Shown here: one piece after another, positions 26,710 through 39,949 of the stretch
Position numbering within the stretch: position 1 is the first letter of the stretch
Layout: each line of letters starts with the position of its first letter
From: Catajapyx aquilonaris
Lineage: Eukaryota
Direction: 5' to 3'
Assembly: GCA_000934665.2 (NCBI GenBank)
Contig: KZ538042.1
Location: forward strand, 1-64,000
DNA: 64,000 nucleotides
The notes under the pieces: generated by a model
Database searches by the model: none
The model's input: only the letters and a program-made list of their open reading frames with translations
Told to the model about the DNA's origin: nothing
Translations under genes and position numbers: made by a program

Positions 26710-27425
26710 TTTCCAGCCTTTAACTGACCGTTAAGAGTTAATTTCTAAGGGTAAGGTTGAAGAAACAGGACATGAATCTGAAAGATTAACTGTTGGTATT
26801 AATAACGATAGGATATGATAAACCCTGGTTAGAAAGTTCACAATTGATTACTCCAACCTCTTAACTGACCGTAAAGAGTTAATTTTCAAGGGTAAGGTTG
26901 GAAGAACAGGGTATGATTACGAGAAATTAACTGTTGGTATTAATAACGATAAGATATGATAAACTCTGGTTAGAAAGTTCACAATTGATTGCTGCAACCT
27001 CTTAACTTACCGTTAATAGTTAATTTTCAAGGGTGAGGGTGGAAGAACAGGACATTAATCTGAGAGATAAACTGTTGGTATTAATAACGATAGGATATGA
27101 TAAACCGTGGTTAGAAAGTTCACAATTTTAGCTGACAGTTAATAGTTAATTTTCAAAGGTAACGCTGGAGGAACAGGGCATGAATCCGACAGATTAACTG
27201 TTGGTGTTAACAACGATAAGGTACGATAAACCATAGTTATAAAGTTCACAATTACTTACTCCAACCTTTTAACTGACCGTTAAGAGTTAATTTCTATAAG
27301 GGTAAGGTTGAAGAAACAGGACATGAATCTGAGAGATTAACTGTTGGTATTAATAACGATAAGATATGATAAACTCTGGTTAGAAAGTTGACAATTGATT
27401 ACTCCCAACTTTTAACTAACCATCA
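26710..27425. repeat. 141-bp tandem satellite, about 5 copies
   Basis: TTAACTGACCGTTAAGAGTTAATTT... units start at ~26720, 26861, 27002, 27128, 27269 and 27411; one unit has a ~15-bp deletion. Confidence 0.95.
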
Positions 27426-27758
27426 GCAGTTTAAGCATACTTAAACTGCAGTTAGCTCTGTAGTCCTGTACGGTACAATAATTCGTCACTGTTAGCTCTT
27501 AATGGTCCGTAACAATGTTGGAATTAATGAAAGAGTTTAATTCTCACCGAATGTCAGTGGTGCGTTGTAACAATTAGGATCGGGTGCACCACATCGGGGT
27601 AAAATGATCCACCGAGGAAATCAGCCGGTTTTTAGACTGAAATTTGGCCATGAATAATTTAGCTGCCTGTGGCCTTAGCAGCAAGGATAAACTCGTGGTA
27701 TACATCAGGTGTCATGTTGTATTCCAACTCCTGAGGGGCGGTTGTACCATTGCCTGTA

Positions 27759-27957
27759 CAGTATTGGTCATATATCGAGGCAACTGCCAGCGACATTTTC
27801 CGAAGCGGAAGAAGCAGGAATCGAATATAAGGATACTGCAAGCCGGGCGAGTATGATTCTGTGACCTGAGCGGCTAGGAATAATATGGTCACAATTCCTT
27901 CTTTTGCCGCTTCGGAAAATGTCGTTGGCAGTATGCCTCGATTTATGTCCAACACTG
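27759..27957. mobile_element. Tc1/mariner-type MITE, family I, copy 2
   Basis: TA|CAGT...CACTG|TA; same arms as 1616-1777 with a longer loop. Confidence 0.85.
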
Positions 27958-29447
27958 TACTCTACAACTGTCTTTATTATTCGTTATCAATCTTACAAGT
28001 ATCATCGAAAACATAAGCCGCAGAGATGTAAAAATTGGCGTTAATCGGACCAGTTTTTTCCCCATCATTTTCACTGCGTAATCTTCTGATGTGGCTTTAA
28101 ACTCCCGTTAAAAATGTTGGAAAAAAACCGTACACTTATTTAGTCACACGACAGTCATACCCAATAGGATCGAATGAGGTTGGTAACAGTGCCATTAATC
28201 CGGTGTGCACATTTGCGTAAACCCCCCGATTCTTATCCAGAAAAAAAATCCCACATAAATTACAAACCCTAATCAAAATGGGTAGTTAGCCCCCCCCCCC
28301 CACACACACACACGGAAATGACTCATTATGGTCACGTGATCGACCAGTGTGCCTTCTACAAAGTAGCAGCTATCACCAACAGTTAATGTGACTGATAGTT
28401 CTTGAAACTATTGCAACACTTTTGATTCAGAACGTATGGTTAAGCCAAAAAAATTCTAAGCGGAAAATGTTAAAGCCCTTTGATGACGTAAAGGGACGCC
28501 TAGGGGTTACCAGATGCACTGCACAGTATATCCATTTCACCTGGCAACCCTGCAGGAACTGGCAAGTGCTGGTGTCAAAAGGAGCGAACTTTCCCAAAGT
28601 TGGATGAATATATCTAATTTAAAGAGGGGCTGCCTGTTTCGAAATGGGTGGGCCAGAGTGTCCCCTGTACTTTTTTGGGGGGGAGCGTCCGGTGTTGCGG
28701 GTTTTCCCCGTGGTGGTGGAATTCGTCCAGGGCGGGGGGAGCAGCAGACCCTGTGAGTCTGTGGCCGGGGTTTGATTATTTTGTTATCGGGAAGGGCTTA
28801 GGTGCGGTTGTGTTTTCCAGGGGAAAAAGGCAAAGTCCCTGCTTTGTCTCCCTAATGATTATGAGTTTGGGTTTTTGGGGAGGAGGGGAGGAATTGGATT
28901 TTGTGTGTGCCGTCAGAAGCCCCCGGACTATTCTACCTAGGGATTAAACTCCCCAAAATTTTCCCCCCACATCGCCCCCCCTCCCGGTGATTAACGGACC
29001 GTGTTAATGCATTAGCCCGGACCTTATTTGGACTGCCACAGTTTGGGAAGAGGGGGTGGGAGGTGGGGAAACAGCAAGAGGGTTAGTGATCTGCAGGTTT
29101 TCTGCACGACTTTGTGTTTGGACAGTTGGGTCGAGTTTTAGGAAACCCCCCCATCTTCAAGAGGGAGAGGGCTTTTGAGGGGGGGTTCCCAAGCACGTTT
29201 TCTTATTTCCAACACTTAAGAGAAAAGGAGGAAGGATTTGCATATGAAAGAGCTAGTTTTGCCTGCCTCCAGGAATATTGATTATGCAATTACTTATTTT
29301 GATAAAGTGGCTGTGTCCAAGTGGAAATAACGTGGACCTGATTTTCTTCTTCGTTCAAAGTCTGTTTCACCCACCATTTCCTGCTGGAAATACGTCGGTT
29401 TCGGTACCACTCTCAGCGAGAAATATATCGAACGACGTGATATCACA

Positions 29448-30054
29448 CACACTCGAAAAATTTCGAGCGTTTTTCCCACTCATTTTGATCGAAATGATCA
29501 CTAATTTTGAGTTAAATCACTCGATCACTAGAGTGAAAATTTCCCACTCAAAATGAGCCATCATTTCTCTCAAATTGAGTGGAAAATCGCTCGATCACTA
29601 GAGTGACAATTTCCCACTCAAAATGAGTCATCATTTCTCTCAAATTGAGTGGAAAATCACTCGATCACTAGTGACAATTTCCCATTCAAAACGAGTCATC
29701 ATTTCTCTCAAATTGAGTGGAAAATCACTCGATCACTAGTGACAATTTCCCATTCAAAACGAGTCATCATTTCTCTCAAATTGGGTGGAAAATCACTCCA
29801 TTCGAGTGAAATGATGGGTAATTTTGAGTCAGTTTAACTCCAAATGAGTGGGGAAACGCTCGAAATTTTGAGTGAAATATGTCTTACTTGCTGTAAAAGC
29901 GTCTCCCGCACCTACTTTCACTCTTCTTTCGAGTACGGTCCACTCGATATGAGTGAAAGTAGATCATTGCGTAGTGAAATTTACTCAAAAAGAGCATTTT
30001 GCAAAATTTCTCATTTTTCGAGTGAATTTTCCACTCGAGTGTTTTTAGAGAGTA
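29448..30054. mobile_element. CACTC-rich element, family K, with internal ~59-bp tandem repeats (CACTA/EnSpm-like MITE)
   Basis: ACACTCGAAAAA ... TTTTTAGAGAGT termini; about 4 tandem units of CACTCGATCACTAG..ACAATTTCCCA..CAAAA.GAGTCATCATTTCTCTCAAATTGAGTGGAAAAT. Confidence 0.7.
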
Positions 30055-30791
30055 TAGAATTGGCTAGGAGTGACTCTGTCCCTACATGCTGTGACTCGTC
30101 ACATAGGTGCATGTAGTTACCACTATAGTTAACGCGTGGCGTGGGAGGAGCCTATGCGCCAACTGGTAGTGGCCTATTGTACTACGTCTAAGTGCAGTGT
30201 TGCCAAATTTTAGATGAGCTCTTGGTGAGGTCAAGACGGCGGGTATGACCGAGTATAACTTTAGAACCACAAGCTCCATGTACTTGATCCAATATGGGCG
30301 GAAGTTAGCGATTCATTCCTGAATTTCGTAAAGTTGAGGCCACATTTCGGGCGAGCGAATTTCGCCAAAAGCCTGGGTGCCCCTGACGTGTTTGCAATTT
30401 GATTCTCGGCGGTGGATCAAATAAGTGATGAGGTCAAAGTTGCATCCGGGGGAGGTCGCCCCTATTTATAAGTCCTGGGCCGCATGGTAAATGAGTCATG
30501 AGTCTTGGTGTGCAAAAGCGCGGAGGTCATTTTTTGGGTTGAAATGTTGTGTTGTTCACTTTCCCCTCGTTTTCATCCAAACCCCGGGCATGCAAAATTC
30601 ACCTCCGGCGGGGCCACACCGCCATTTAATTCAATTTTCATCTAACTCTCCCCACCACCACTGCCATCCCGGGGCCACCCATCGGCCTCGTTCAATTATA
30701 AATAAAATATATAGGTCTATACATACAGACTGGCGCCACTTGTCAGCCATGCATTTTTGAGTCACGTTAGGTTGAAACTGTATAACACGCT

Positions 30792-31630
30792 TTTTTTAAG
30801 ACATTTTCTCATCGAGAAAAAGAAGCCATACAACTGTCCGTCCGTCTGTGGACAGGTATCAGGGCCTAAACTGCAAGAGATAGCCTACCGACAAACTGAT
30901 TTCGGATTCGGATTCAGCGGACCCCTAAAGAGGTTGATGGTCAACTTCCGGTGTGGTTATCCGGGTTCACCCTATCCGCCAAGGTCAAACAGTATTATTG
31001 AGAAGTTACTTTCCATTGACTCCTTCGCAACGAGAAATGAGATCGACAACATTGTATGTTGTTGTTATCCAGTTGGAATCGCATCGTGTATCGTATCGTA
31101 GTCAACAAAGTGTCAGTCTCATTTCCCGCTGCCAAATGAGAAAAAAGTATACTCGAATGGGTGTCCTTATTGGAGGCCGGAAATGAGACTACCACAATCT
31201 ATGTCGTTGTCTAATTCGAATTTCCTCGACAATGAGAAAAATGTATACTCGAATCATGCTCGTGTGATTTTTGCCAATCTTATTCGAATATCATGGACAA
31301 TGAGAAAAAATCTACTGGAATCGTGCTCGTGTGTTGCCAACTATCTTATTCGAATTTCCTGGACAACGAGAAAAAGTGTACTCGAATCATGCTCGTGTGA
31401 TTTTTTTTTCCCCCCAATCTATTTCGAATTTCCTCGACAATGAGAACAAAGTCTACTCGAATAGTGCTCCTGTGATTTTGCCAATCTTATTCGAATTTCC
31501 TGGACAATGAGAAAAAGTATACTCGAGTCATGCTTGTGTGATTTTTTTTTGCCATTATTATTCGAATTTCTTGGACAAGGAGAGAAAAGTCTACTCGAAT
31601 TAGGCTCGTGTGATTTTTGCCATTCTTATT
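30792..31630 (+). mobile_element. DINE-1/HINE-like family D, copy 3, with tandemly amplified 3' module
   Basis: Family D core at ~30835-31140, followed by about 7 copies of a ~60-70-bp unit ACAATGAGAAAAAGT.TACTCGAATCATGCTCGTGTGATTTTTGCCAATCTTATTCGAATTTCC. Confidence 0.8.
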
Positions 31631-32918
31631 TGGGTTTTTATTTTAGTACTACAATATCTAGATTCCTTCAGGATGTTGCACCTGGAATATGTTCCGGAGC
31701 ATCTTGGGTTCTTGCATGTTGGCCGGATTATCCGTGCGTTTCCCATCCTATAGAGATTCTCTCGAGTTTCACCACGATTTCTGCTGAAGTTGACTGCACC
31801 CTCTCCCAGATTTTCTGAGCAATTTCATCCTGATGTTGGCTGCATGTAGTGCGTGTTGCTGTCCCTCTTTTTTTTCTCTGTCCCTCCCCCTTCCACCCGC
31901 CCATCAAGCCCTCCCCTCCGTCGGCCCGGATTATCAGGAGCGGAGTTGGGAGGCCCGGAACATTAATAAAGAAGGCTGATGAAACAATTTGAAACCGCGT
32001 CGGTCCCGCTTTTGTAACCTAATAATGTCCTTGCCGGCGGTTAACACAGACTTGGGGCCTCGTTTCCTCACCAATTTGGGTAATTGAGGGCTGGGGGGGG
32101 TGGAGGGTAGGGGGATGGGAGATAACATTTTGTACATTTTGAGACCCCCGCTACTATACTAACAGAATGTATGTCAGGTTTTTTCCTCCCTGTGTTCTTT
32201 GAGGGGGGTGCATCTGCCAACCCTAGCTGGTTCCTTCCCACCATTTGCCAAATTCGCTTGGGCATCAACCCAGAATAACTGCCTGGGGGTTTTTTTTTTG
32301 TCATCGTTTTGTTGTTGTTGTCGTCTACGTATAGGTCAGTTATCTGGCGCGAGGATGCTGCTCTTGGGATTGCGCAAGGGCGTTACCCTGCTCGACTCTT
32401 TTTTTCACTGCGAGTGGCTCCAGGCTCTCGTAGTAATGTGCGAATGGGGCCCAGGACTCGTTATTGCAGATACGTTGGAATGTTTTTCGAGGTCGTGGAT
32501 GACGCCAGAGTGTTTTACTGGGGATGGAGACTGATGTGGGAAACGGTCCTGTCACATTTGGGGGGCCCAATTGGCTCCAAATCGTATATACTTCGCTTTC
32601 TGTTCAAAGCCACCCCACTTCATCGTACCACTATAGACGAGTTTTTTTTTTTAAATGAGCGCAACCGAGTGCGCCACACAGTTCGCGCAAATTGTTTCCA
32701 ACACTGCCCTTGAGTGGATAACAATATGACCGACTTTTGCTACGTTGCCAAGGCTCTTGAACGAACCGTATAGTACTACTTTCCCTCTAAGCAAGTGTGC
32801 AGAGAGACAGCCCATGCGCCAACTGGTAGTGGCCTATTGTACTACGTCCACGTGAGCGGGCTGGGGGGAGGGGGGAGCAAACAGTGTTGCCAACATTTGG
32901 CAACGAGTTCGCTACTAG

Positions 32919-33286
32919 CAGGGAGCATATTGCATATACTACATAAGAGGCGCAAACATTCGATTTCCGCGTCACTCTGTTTGGGGCATTGCCAGGGCTG
33001 GGGGCCACTTTAAAGTGTGGGCAACGCCAACGAGGTGTAAATAGGGTACGGGCAAAAATAGGGTCCGCCATCTTGGATTCGCGCGTGTTCTTGCCGTGTA
33101 GTTGCCATGGCCGCCAAAACCATCAAAGATGGCGGACCCTATTTTTGCCTGTACCCTATTTATACCTCGTTGGCGTTGCCCCCGTTTCAAAATGGCCGCC
33201 AGCCTTGGCAACGGCCCCAAACAGAGAGACGCGAACATCAAAGGCGCCGACAGAAGTTTGCGCCTCTTAGTATAATATGCTCCCTG
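32919..33286. mobile_element. Foldback MITE, family A, copy 2
   Basis: CAGGGAGCATAT...ATATGCTCCCTG; flanks CTACTAG / CTACTGG; abuts family E and C fragments. Confidence 0.9.
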
Positions 33287-34149
33287 CTACTGGTATGATA
33301 AGAATGACAAGAAGCTAGTCAAGATTTGAGCCTTCCGAGCTTATCGCCTCGAGTTGTCCGGAGTGGGTGGCATTCAGATAGTAGCTATAGGCGAAGTGTG
33401 GTGTACATACGGGTTGACTCGAATAGGGCATGTGCTACTATCCTGGTGGCAGGATGACCAAAAGAGATTGCGATTCGAGACAGTGCAAACTGCCAGCCCA
33501 GATTGGCATCTTGACTCCCAGTATACCGCACAGCGACATCTGTTGTTGGCGTCGTCGTACTAAACGGAGGGGCCAGCTGGGTTGCATTTTATCTCTCTGT
33601 CTCCCTTTTTCTTCTATCTCAACGACCTGTGAAAAGAGCGTAGGGAAAGGAGGTTGTTATCTCCTTACTTATAGTTGGCCGGGGCTTATTTAAAACCAAC
33701 TCGAGCGAGCTCTCAACAATCTGTGAACGTGTTCCAATCCGGTCGGAGGAGAGTGGGAGAGAAGAGGGGGGGTTTTCTTTACAGAGAAGACCGACCTTCT
33801 TTGTGCTTCCTTCCAGCTCCTCCTTTAGAAACTGGAGGCTCGCACGGCACGCAGTATTTGCTACAGTTGAAGTATCAAATCCTGTGATTCCTCGGAATGG
33901 GGAGGTTGGGGAGAGGAGAGTGGCTAACACTGTATACGTTGCTGTGGGAAGTCGGTAAGCACCTTCAGGTGGGTTCAACAAACTTAGCCGAATTATTGCA
34001 GGCGCCTACATGCAAGGGATGGTGCACTGTACATTGGTTTTACAGGGTGGTTTACTGGAGCAAGTGCATCTCTTTGATTCCCATGATGCTACAGGCCATA
34101 GGTTTGCACAGGGTAATATGGACGTGTAATTTAGTTTTGTATCAGGGCC

Positions 34150-34468
34150 CATTCTAGAACGACTGTGTCCGTCCGTCCGTCCGTAGACAGGTATCAGCGC
34201 CCAAACCGCAAGAGATAGCAACCAACGGTTTTCGGATTCAGATTAAGTGGACCCTAATGGTCAACTTCTGGTTTTCTAGATTCACTCTATCCGCCAGGGT
34301 CAAAGAGCATGATTTAGAAATTATTGGTGTCCTCGGGTTCCTTGACAACGGGAAATGAGTCTGACATCATTGTCATCGTTGTCATATTTGTTCGTCAGCC
34401 TCATTTCCCTCTTCCCAATGAGAAAATGTCTACTCGAATCCCGCTCGTGTGATATGCCAATCTTGTTT
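34150..34468 (+). mobile_element. DINE-1/HINE-like family D, copy 4
   Basis: (GTCC)n, core AAACCGCAAGAGATAGC, 3' GTCTACTCGAATC...GCCAATCTTGTT. Confidence 0.75.
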
Positions 34469-35154
34469 ATTTGCTCGATTTGAATGCATGGTTGGCCATA
34501 TATAAGACTGTATGACTTGGTATGGCGTCATTGGGACTGTAAAGTCGTCTTGATTGATGGGCACTGCAGACACGACCATGGGCAATGTTTCCACCATTTG
34601 TTTTTTTTGTGCCCGCCCGTCACTGCACTCACTCCGCCTAAGTATGACTGAAGGATGACCCTTTGACCTGGGTTCATTCACTTCTGGGAGTTTGAAAAAT
34701 GCCTGGCAATCTGACGAAGACAGGTCGTCTACGATGATTTATGCGCCAACAATTTGTGTGCGAGGTGTATATAGTGCAGTCGAAGGACGGGGCCTGGCTC
34801 GCTTTTTTCTCTCTCTCTGTCTATGTGTGTGTGTGTGTGTGAAGGAAGTGTTTGACAGCCGGGCCAAAATTTTGGGCGGAAATGAGGATTTAGTGCCGAC
34901 ATAAGTCATCGTTAACCGGGATGCTAACCGCAAATGGACGGCCCCCCGAAACATCAAACACGAATTTTGCATTACCACCAACCCGTCCAGGAATTTTCAA
35001 TCTTTCTCTCTCTCCAACCATTTGCACTGTCCCGGATTTTATATTTCATATTACACAGGGCGGTACACCACCCAAGTTCCACGCTTCAAATTTGAAACAA
35101 ACTTCACTTTCAGATTTAAAAACAATAATTTAATATCGCTTTGGACCAACCTGT

Positions 35155-36055
35155 ACGCTATAAAAAAAATTCAGAGTGAAAATTTCGCATTTGCAAAATG
35201 CTATTTTTGAGTGAATTTCTCCCCAAAGAGTTACTGTAACTCAAATCGAGTGGAAAATTACTCGGAAAGTGGTCCTTCAGTGAGTGAACTCCCATTTCCC
35301 TCAATTTGAGAGGTTTTAAGCTCGAAGAGATGGTCATTCCACTTCGCTCAACTTGAGCGGAAATTCCACTCAATTCGAGCGAAATGGAATGACCTCTCAT
35401 TTCTGAGCTTAAAACTACTCAAACTGAGTGAAATGGGAGGTTCATTTCTCTCAAATTGAGCAGAAAAACCACTCAATTCGAGCGAAATGATAACTCAGTT
35501 TTGAGCGGAAATATTTCTCTCGATTGATAGTGATTTTCACTCAAAAAAAGAGAGTGGGACTCTATAAAAATTTTCGAGTGAAAATTTCCATTTTTTTTGC
35601 AAAATGCTCTTTTTAAGTGAATTTCTCTCCGCAAAGAGTTACTGTAACTCGCACGAGTGGAAAATTACTCTAAAGAAGAGTGAAAATGAGTGGTCCTTCA
35701 GTGAGTGAACCCCCCATTTCCCTCAATTTGAGTGATTTTAAGCTCGAAGAGATGGTCATTCCATTTCGCTCAAACTGAGCGGAAATTCCACTCAATTCGG
35801 GCGAAATGGAATGACCTCTCATTTCTGAGCTTAAAACCACTCAAACTGATGAGTGAAATAGGAGTTTCACTGAGTCATCATTTCGCTCAAATTGAGCAGA
35901 AAAACCACTCCATTCGAGCGAAAGGATGACTCAGTTTGGAGCGGAAATATTTCTCTCGATTGATCGAGTGTTTTCCACTCAAAAAAGAGCGGGAGTTAAA
36001 TCTAGGATAAAGAGTGAAAATCACTCAAATCGAGTGGCAAAAACACTCGAATTAA
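35155..36055. mobile_element. Family K-related element as a ~405-bp tandem duplication
   Basis: Units start CTATAAAAA..GAGTGAAAATTTC..TTTGCAAAATGCT at ~35157 and ~35562; this end is the reverse complement of the 29975-30050 end. Confidence 0.75.
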
Positions 36056-39000
36056 AAAATATATACCGTATGCACATTTCATCCTGAATTTTTGTGTAGG
36101 ATTCTTCTAAGTGAAAAGTATGGGCGAGATGTGATTTTTAAGGAGAGATTTTAGGGTCCCCATCGGGGGAGTTTGAGGGGCAGGCTCTTCCTCCACAATG
36201 TCTGTCTCTGTCACAGATTAGGATAATAGTCGGCACGTGCTATGCTCGGGCTGCCTATGGGTGTTTCACTATATAGCCGCAGAAGCACGACTTGGCCTCC
36301 TCTTCCTTGATCCGGATTATGCGGGAAGTGCATGTTTATTAAAGTGAAATGTTCTGTTCGTTGCAGAGACGGTCGTGACTTGCTTCATCCGGCCGGGGGA
36401 TTGCTGGACACCAAGCCAAAAGGGTGAGTATACTGTAGTAGTTTGTAGTAGTACTCGCAGAGAGAACTCTGCTCCAGGGCACTCTGCCCAACCGATTATC
36501 CGGGCCCCAATCACTGCTCGTCCCAAGCAGAAGGCGGCCCCGGATTTTGCTTCAATTGGTGACAAACGACGGTCAAATTAGGAAGAAAAAAATAATGGAT
36601 CTGTTGTCAAATGCGAAAAAGTCTACTCGAATCACGCTGGCGTGATTTGCCAATTTTGTTCATTTTTTAAAAGCGACTTTGAAGGTTTTCTAATCGTGGG
36701 TTTTTGGGGGTTAACAGTGAACGATCGGCTAGTTTTTTTGCGGCACTGCGACTATTCCAATAATAAAACTTCCGCATTTCTGGTTTACAACTGATCGCGT
36801 GATTTTGGCTTCTGTCCTAATTCTTTCCATATTGAAATTTTCTGGTCGGAAACCGTGGCAGATTCAAGGTCTGACTGGTCGTAAACTTCCAAAATTCCCA
36901 TCACCCCTCCTCGAAAAAAACAGCAGAGAGTATAAATGTAAAAAGAAAAAATTGGCAGGTACAGAAATACTCCAGCGCCTTTTTCTGTTGGCGGCGATGG
37001 TTTGGAGGCTGGGCAAAAACACACTCGCTAAATTCTTCGTTGTCAGCCAGATGATGTACGATTTTGCGGATTCCTTCATGCCTCGGTTTGGCAAAAACAG
37101 CTGGGAAGATTGTTGGTCAGGGACATAATATATATAAAAACCACAAGCTTTTTCTACCCCTACCCCAACCCGTAACCCATGACAAATGGGGTGCGAGCCT
37201 CTCTCTTTTTTTCACAACTCAGCCATTTAGCAGCGCTTGTTTATTTCTGGGAAAAAAAATTTGGCCCACTGTTCAGATACAGGGTGGTCAGTCATTTGCT
37301 GTGGCAGGAGTTACTTACATCCCTGACTACAACTAATGACAAACGAGGTTTTGTGTACTTAGCAGTTTGTTTGTTTTGAGGGCAAAAGTTTGTGTATGCC
37401 TCCCTGGTAAAAAAAAGAATTGGAAGAGAAAGAAAAGGTTTATCCAAAGCAGGTGAAATGTGGGTGGGGATGTGGCCCAGACATTCGAGACTTGATCATT
37501 ATTTGAGGGAGGGCAAGGGAAAAGGGCAGACGATCCATTCCTAGCCAAGGTTTTGGGATCGAACCAACGACCCCCCTCGGGGTCTGAATAAATGAGAATG
37601 TATCGAGAGAGAAAAAAAGAGGACTAGGTTTGGGGGAGGGGGGACGACTTTTCCGGGTTTTCATTTTTTTTCCTCTCTTCTTTCCCAGGGAGCGTGTGTG
37701 TGTATGGTGAGGTCCCTTTTCTCTCTCCGGGTTAGGGAAGGGAAAATTTATCCCTCTTCGCAGGTTTCCGGAACGAGACAAGGCCCCGGAACAGTGCGTA
37801 GGGGGATTGTGGGGAGAGAGAGAAGCGCTCCTCTCTCTTTTTTTTTTGAAAGTTCCTCGGGATACTGCGCGTAAGTAAAATCAATATCTGCACAACTACA
37901 GAGAGCCCTTGCATGCAATAAATTTATCCAGAGTGCATAGGTCACTTACGCACTGGAATTAAAGATGCGAATATTTAAAGAGGGAGAAATTTCCGGATAC
38001 CATTAATTTTATGGGCTTTTTTTCCACACGGGGTCTGCCCACCTTGAGAAGCACCCTGTACATGATTGAAGGTGCATAAAGTGAGCGTCTCCGGGCGTTC
38101 CGGGCGTCGCGCCTGAGCCAGCCGATATTCACTCATGTTTGAAGAAGTCCCTAGACGAGTAAATGGATTGGAAAAAAAACCTCCACACGTTTTGGATGGG
38201 GTTAAAAAATGGAGTCCGGGGCTTGGCTGGCATGGTTTATCCGGAAGCCAGAAATTCCTTCCGGGGCCACCCCCCCCAAATATATACCTGGGAAGCACTT
38301 AGGGTTGATGGGGGCACAGGGCTCGGGGTCATATTTCTGCATCATTTGGCGACATGTGTCAGTGGTGGCCATCTCCTCTTTTTTTTTTGGTGGGAGCAAC
38401 TCCGCTTTGGGACTCATCACCAGAGCCGACTCGAGCCAATCGTAAAAATGGATGCGGCCTGCATTTATTTTCTCAGCTGCCCAAAAAAAACACACACACC
38501 CAGACCCCAACCTTTTTGCAAAAAGAGCAGCAGTCAATTGGTGCTGCCTTCAGTTCAGGATGTTCCCGCAAATTCATCCCGTCTCGCAAAACCGTAAGCG
38601 CAAACTTGAGTAATTAAATTTTTTTCGCAGTACTTTTGGTTTGCACGATTTGCAATAGTTTTTTTTCCCCTGAAAAAAGGAAAATTCGATGAAGAGTGAG
38701 TTGGGAGGAGGAACGAGGCCTGATTCCCCCGAGGGCTTTTTTATCCGGGCCCGACCAACCGAAGTAGAGTGAATTTTATCCCCTTATCTGGACACCCCCT
38801 CCGTCCCACCTTTTGTCCCGACTGGATGCTGGCTGTAGAATAGAGGACACCTCTGGCAGCAGAGTTATCCTGAGAGGCAGGCAACCGCACCCTTGTGTTA
38901 AGGAAACGTATACATTCCAGGGGTAACTTTCAGAGTCATAAGTTTGTCTTATCTGTACTGTACCGTCTACATAATTCCCCTTATTCTCTCTATCCACAAG

Positions 39001-39291
39001 TTTGTTGACTCATCGCCTATAGGTAGTAGTTACCATAGTTTCCGCTTTTCCCGTTCAATAATTAGAGGACATGTAGTGGTCAGAAAGTGTGGGATCCACT
39101 GCAATGTAGCACCCTGGTGGGCTTTGTCCGCGCGGTGACTCATCACCAACGTGCATGCAGTACGTACTACTTTCCCCCTGAGAGTGACAGTAGCGTAGTA
39201 CGATAGGCCTTCTACACACCCCTGCCACTCTCAGGGTACATGTACGTTGGTGATGTGTCACTGCGCGGACAAAGTCCACCAGGGCTCCATA

Positions 39292-39458
39292 CTGCCGTCA
39301 GATGTAAGAAGACCGTAACTCGAAAACCACTAAGGGCGAAAGTCGCATGCACGCCCTGCACTAATCCCCTCTGAGCCAGGGTGGATTAGTGCACGGCATG
39401 CATGCGACTTTCGCCCTTACTAGTTTTTGAGTTACGGTCTTCTTACAACTGACGGCAG
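39292..39458. mobile_element. Hairpin MITE, family B (CTGCCGTC termini, 4-bp TSD)
   Basis: CATA|CTGCCGTCAG...CTGACGGCAG|CATA; ~75-bp near-perfect stem. Confidence 0.85.
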
Positions 39459-39469
39459 CATACTACTGA

Positions 39470-39949
39470 CAGGGAGCATATACTACAAGAGGCGCGAACT
39501 TCTGTCGGCGACTTTGATGTCCGCGTCTCTCTGTTTGGGGCCGTTGCCAAGGCTAGCGGCCATTTTGAAACGGGGGCAACGCCAACGAGGTATAAATAGG
39601 GTACAGGCAGGCCGTAAAGGTCCGCCATCCTGGATGGTTTTGGCGTTCACGGCAAGAACACTCGCGAATTTGAATATTTTTGCCGTATGAGCTCCTTACA
39701 CTTTTCTACTTATTAATTCCGTAGGTACGACAAATATATTCAAATTCGCGCGTGTTCTTGCCTTGAAGTGCCATGGCCGCCAAAACCATCAAAGATGGCG
39801 GACCTTTACGGCCTGCCTGTACCCTCTTTATACCTCGTTGGCGTTGCCCCCGTTTCAAAATGGCCGCCAGCCTTGGCAACACCCCAAACAGAGAGACGCG
39901 TGAATCGAATGTTTGCGCCTCTTATGTAGTATACAGTATATGCTCCCTG
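39470..39949. mobile_element. Foldback MITE, family A, copy 3 (long variant, opposite orientation)
   Basis: CAGGGAGCATAT...ATATGCTCCCTG; flanks CTACTGA / CTACTGT; extra central AT-rich spacer at ~39665-39750. Confidence 0.9.
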
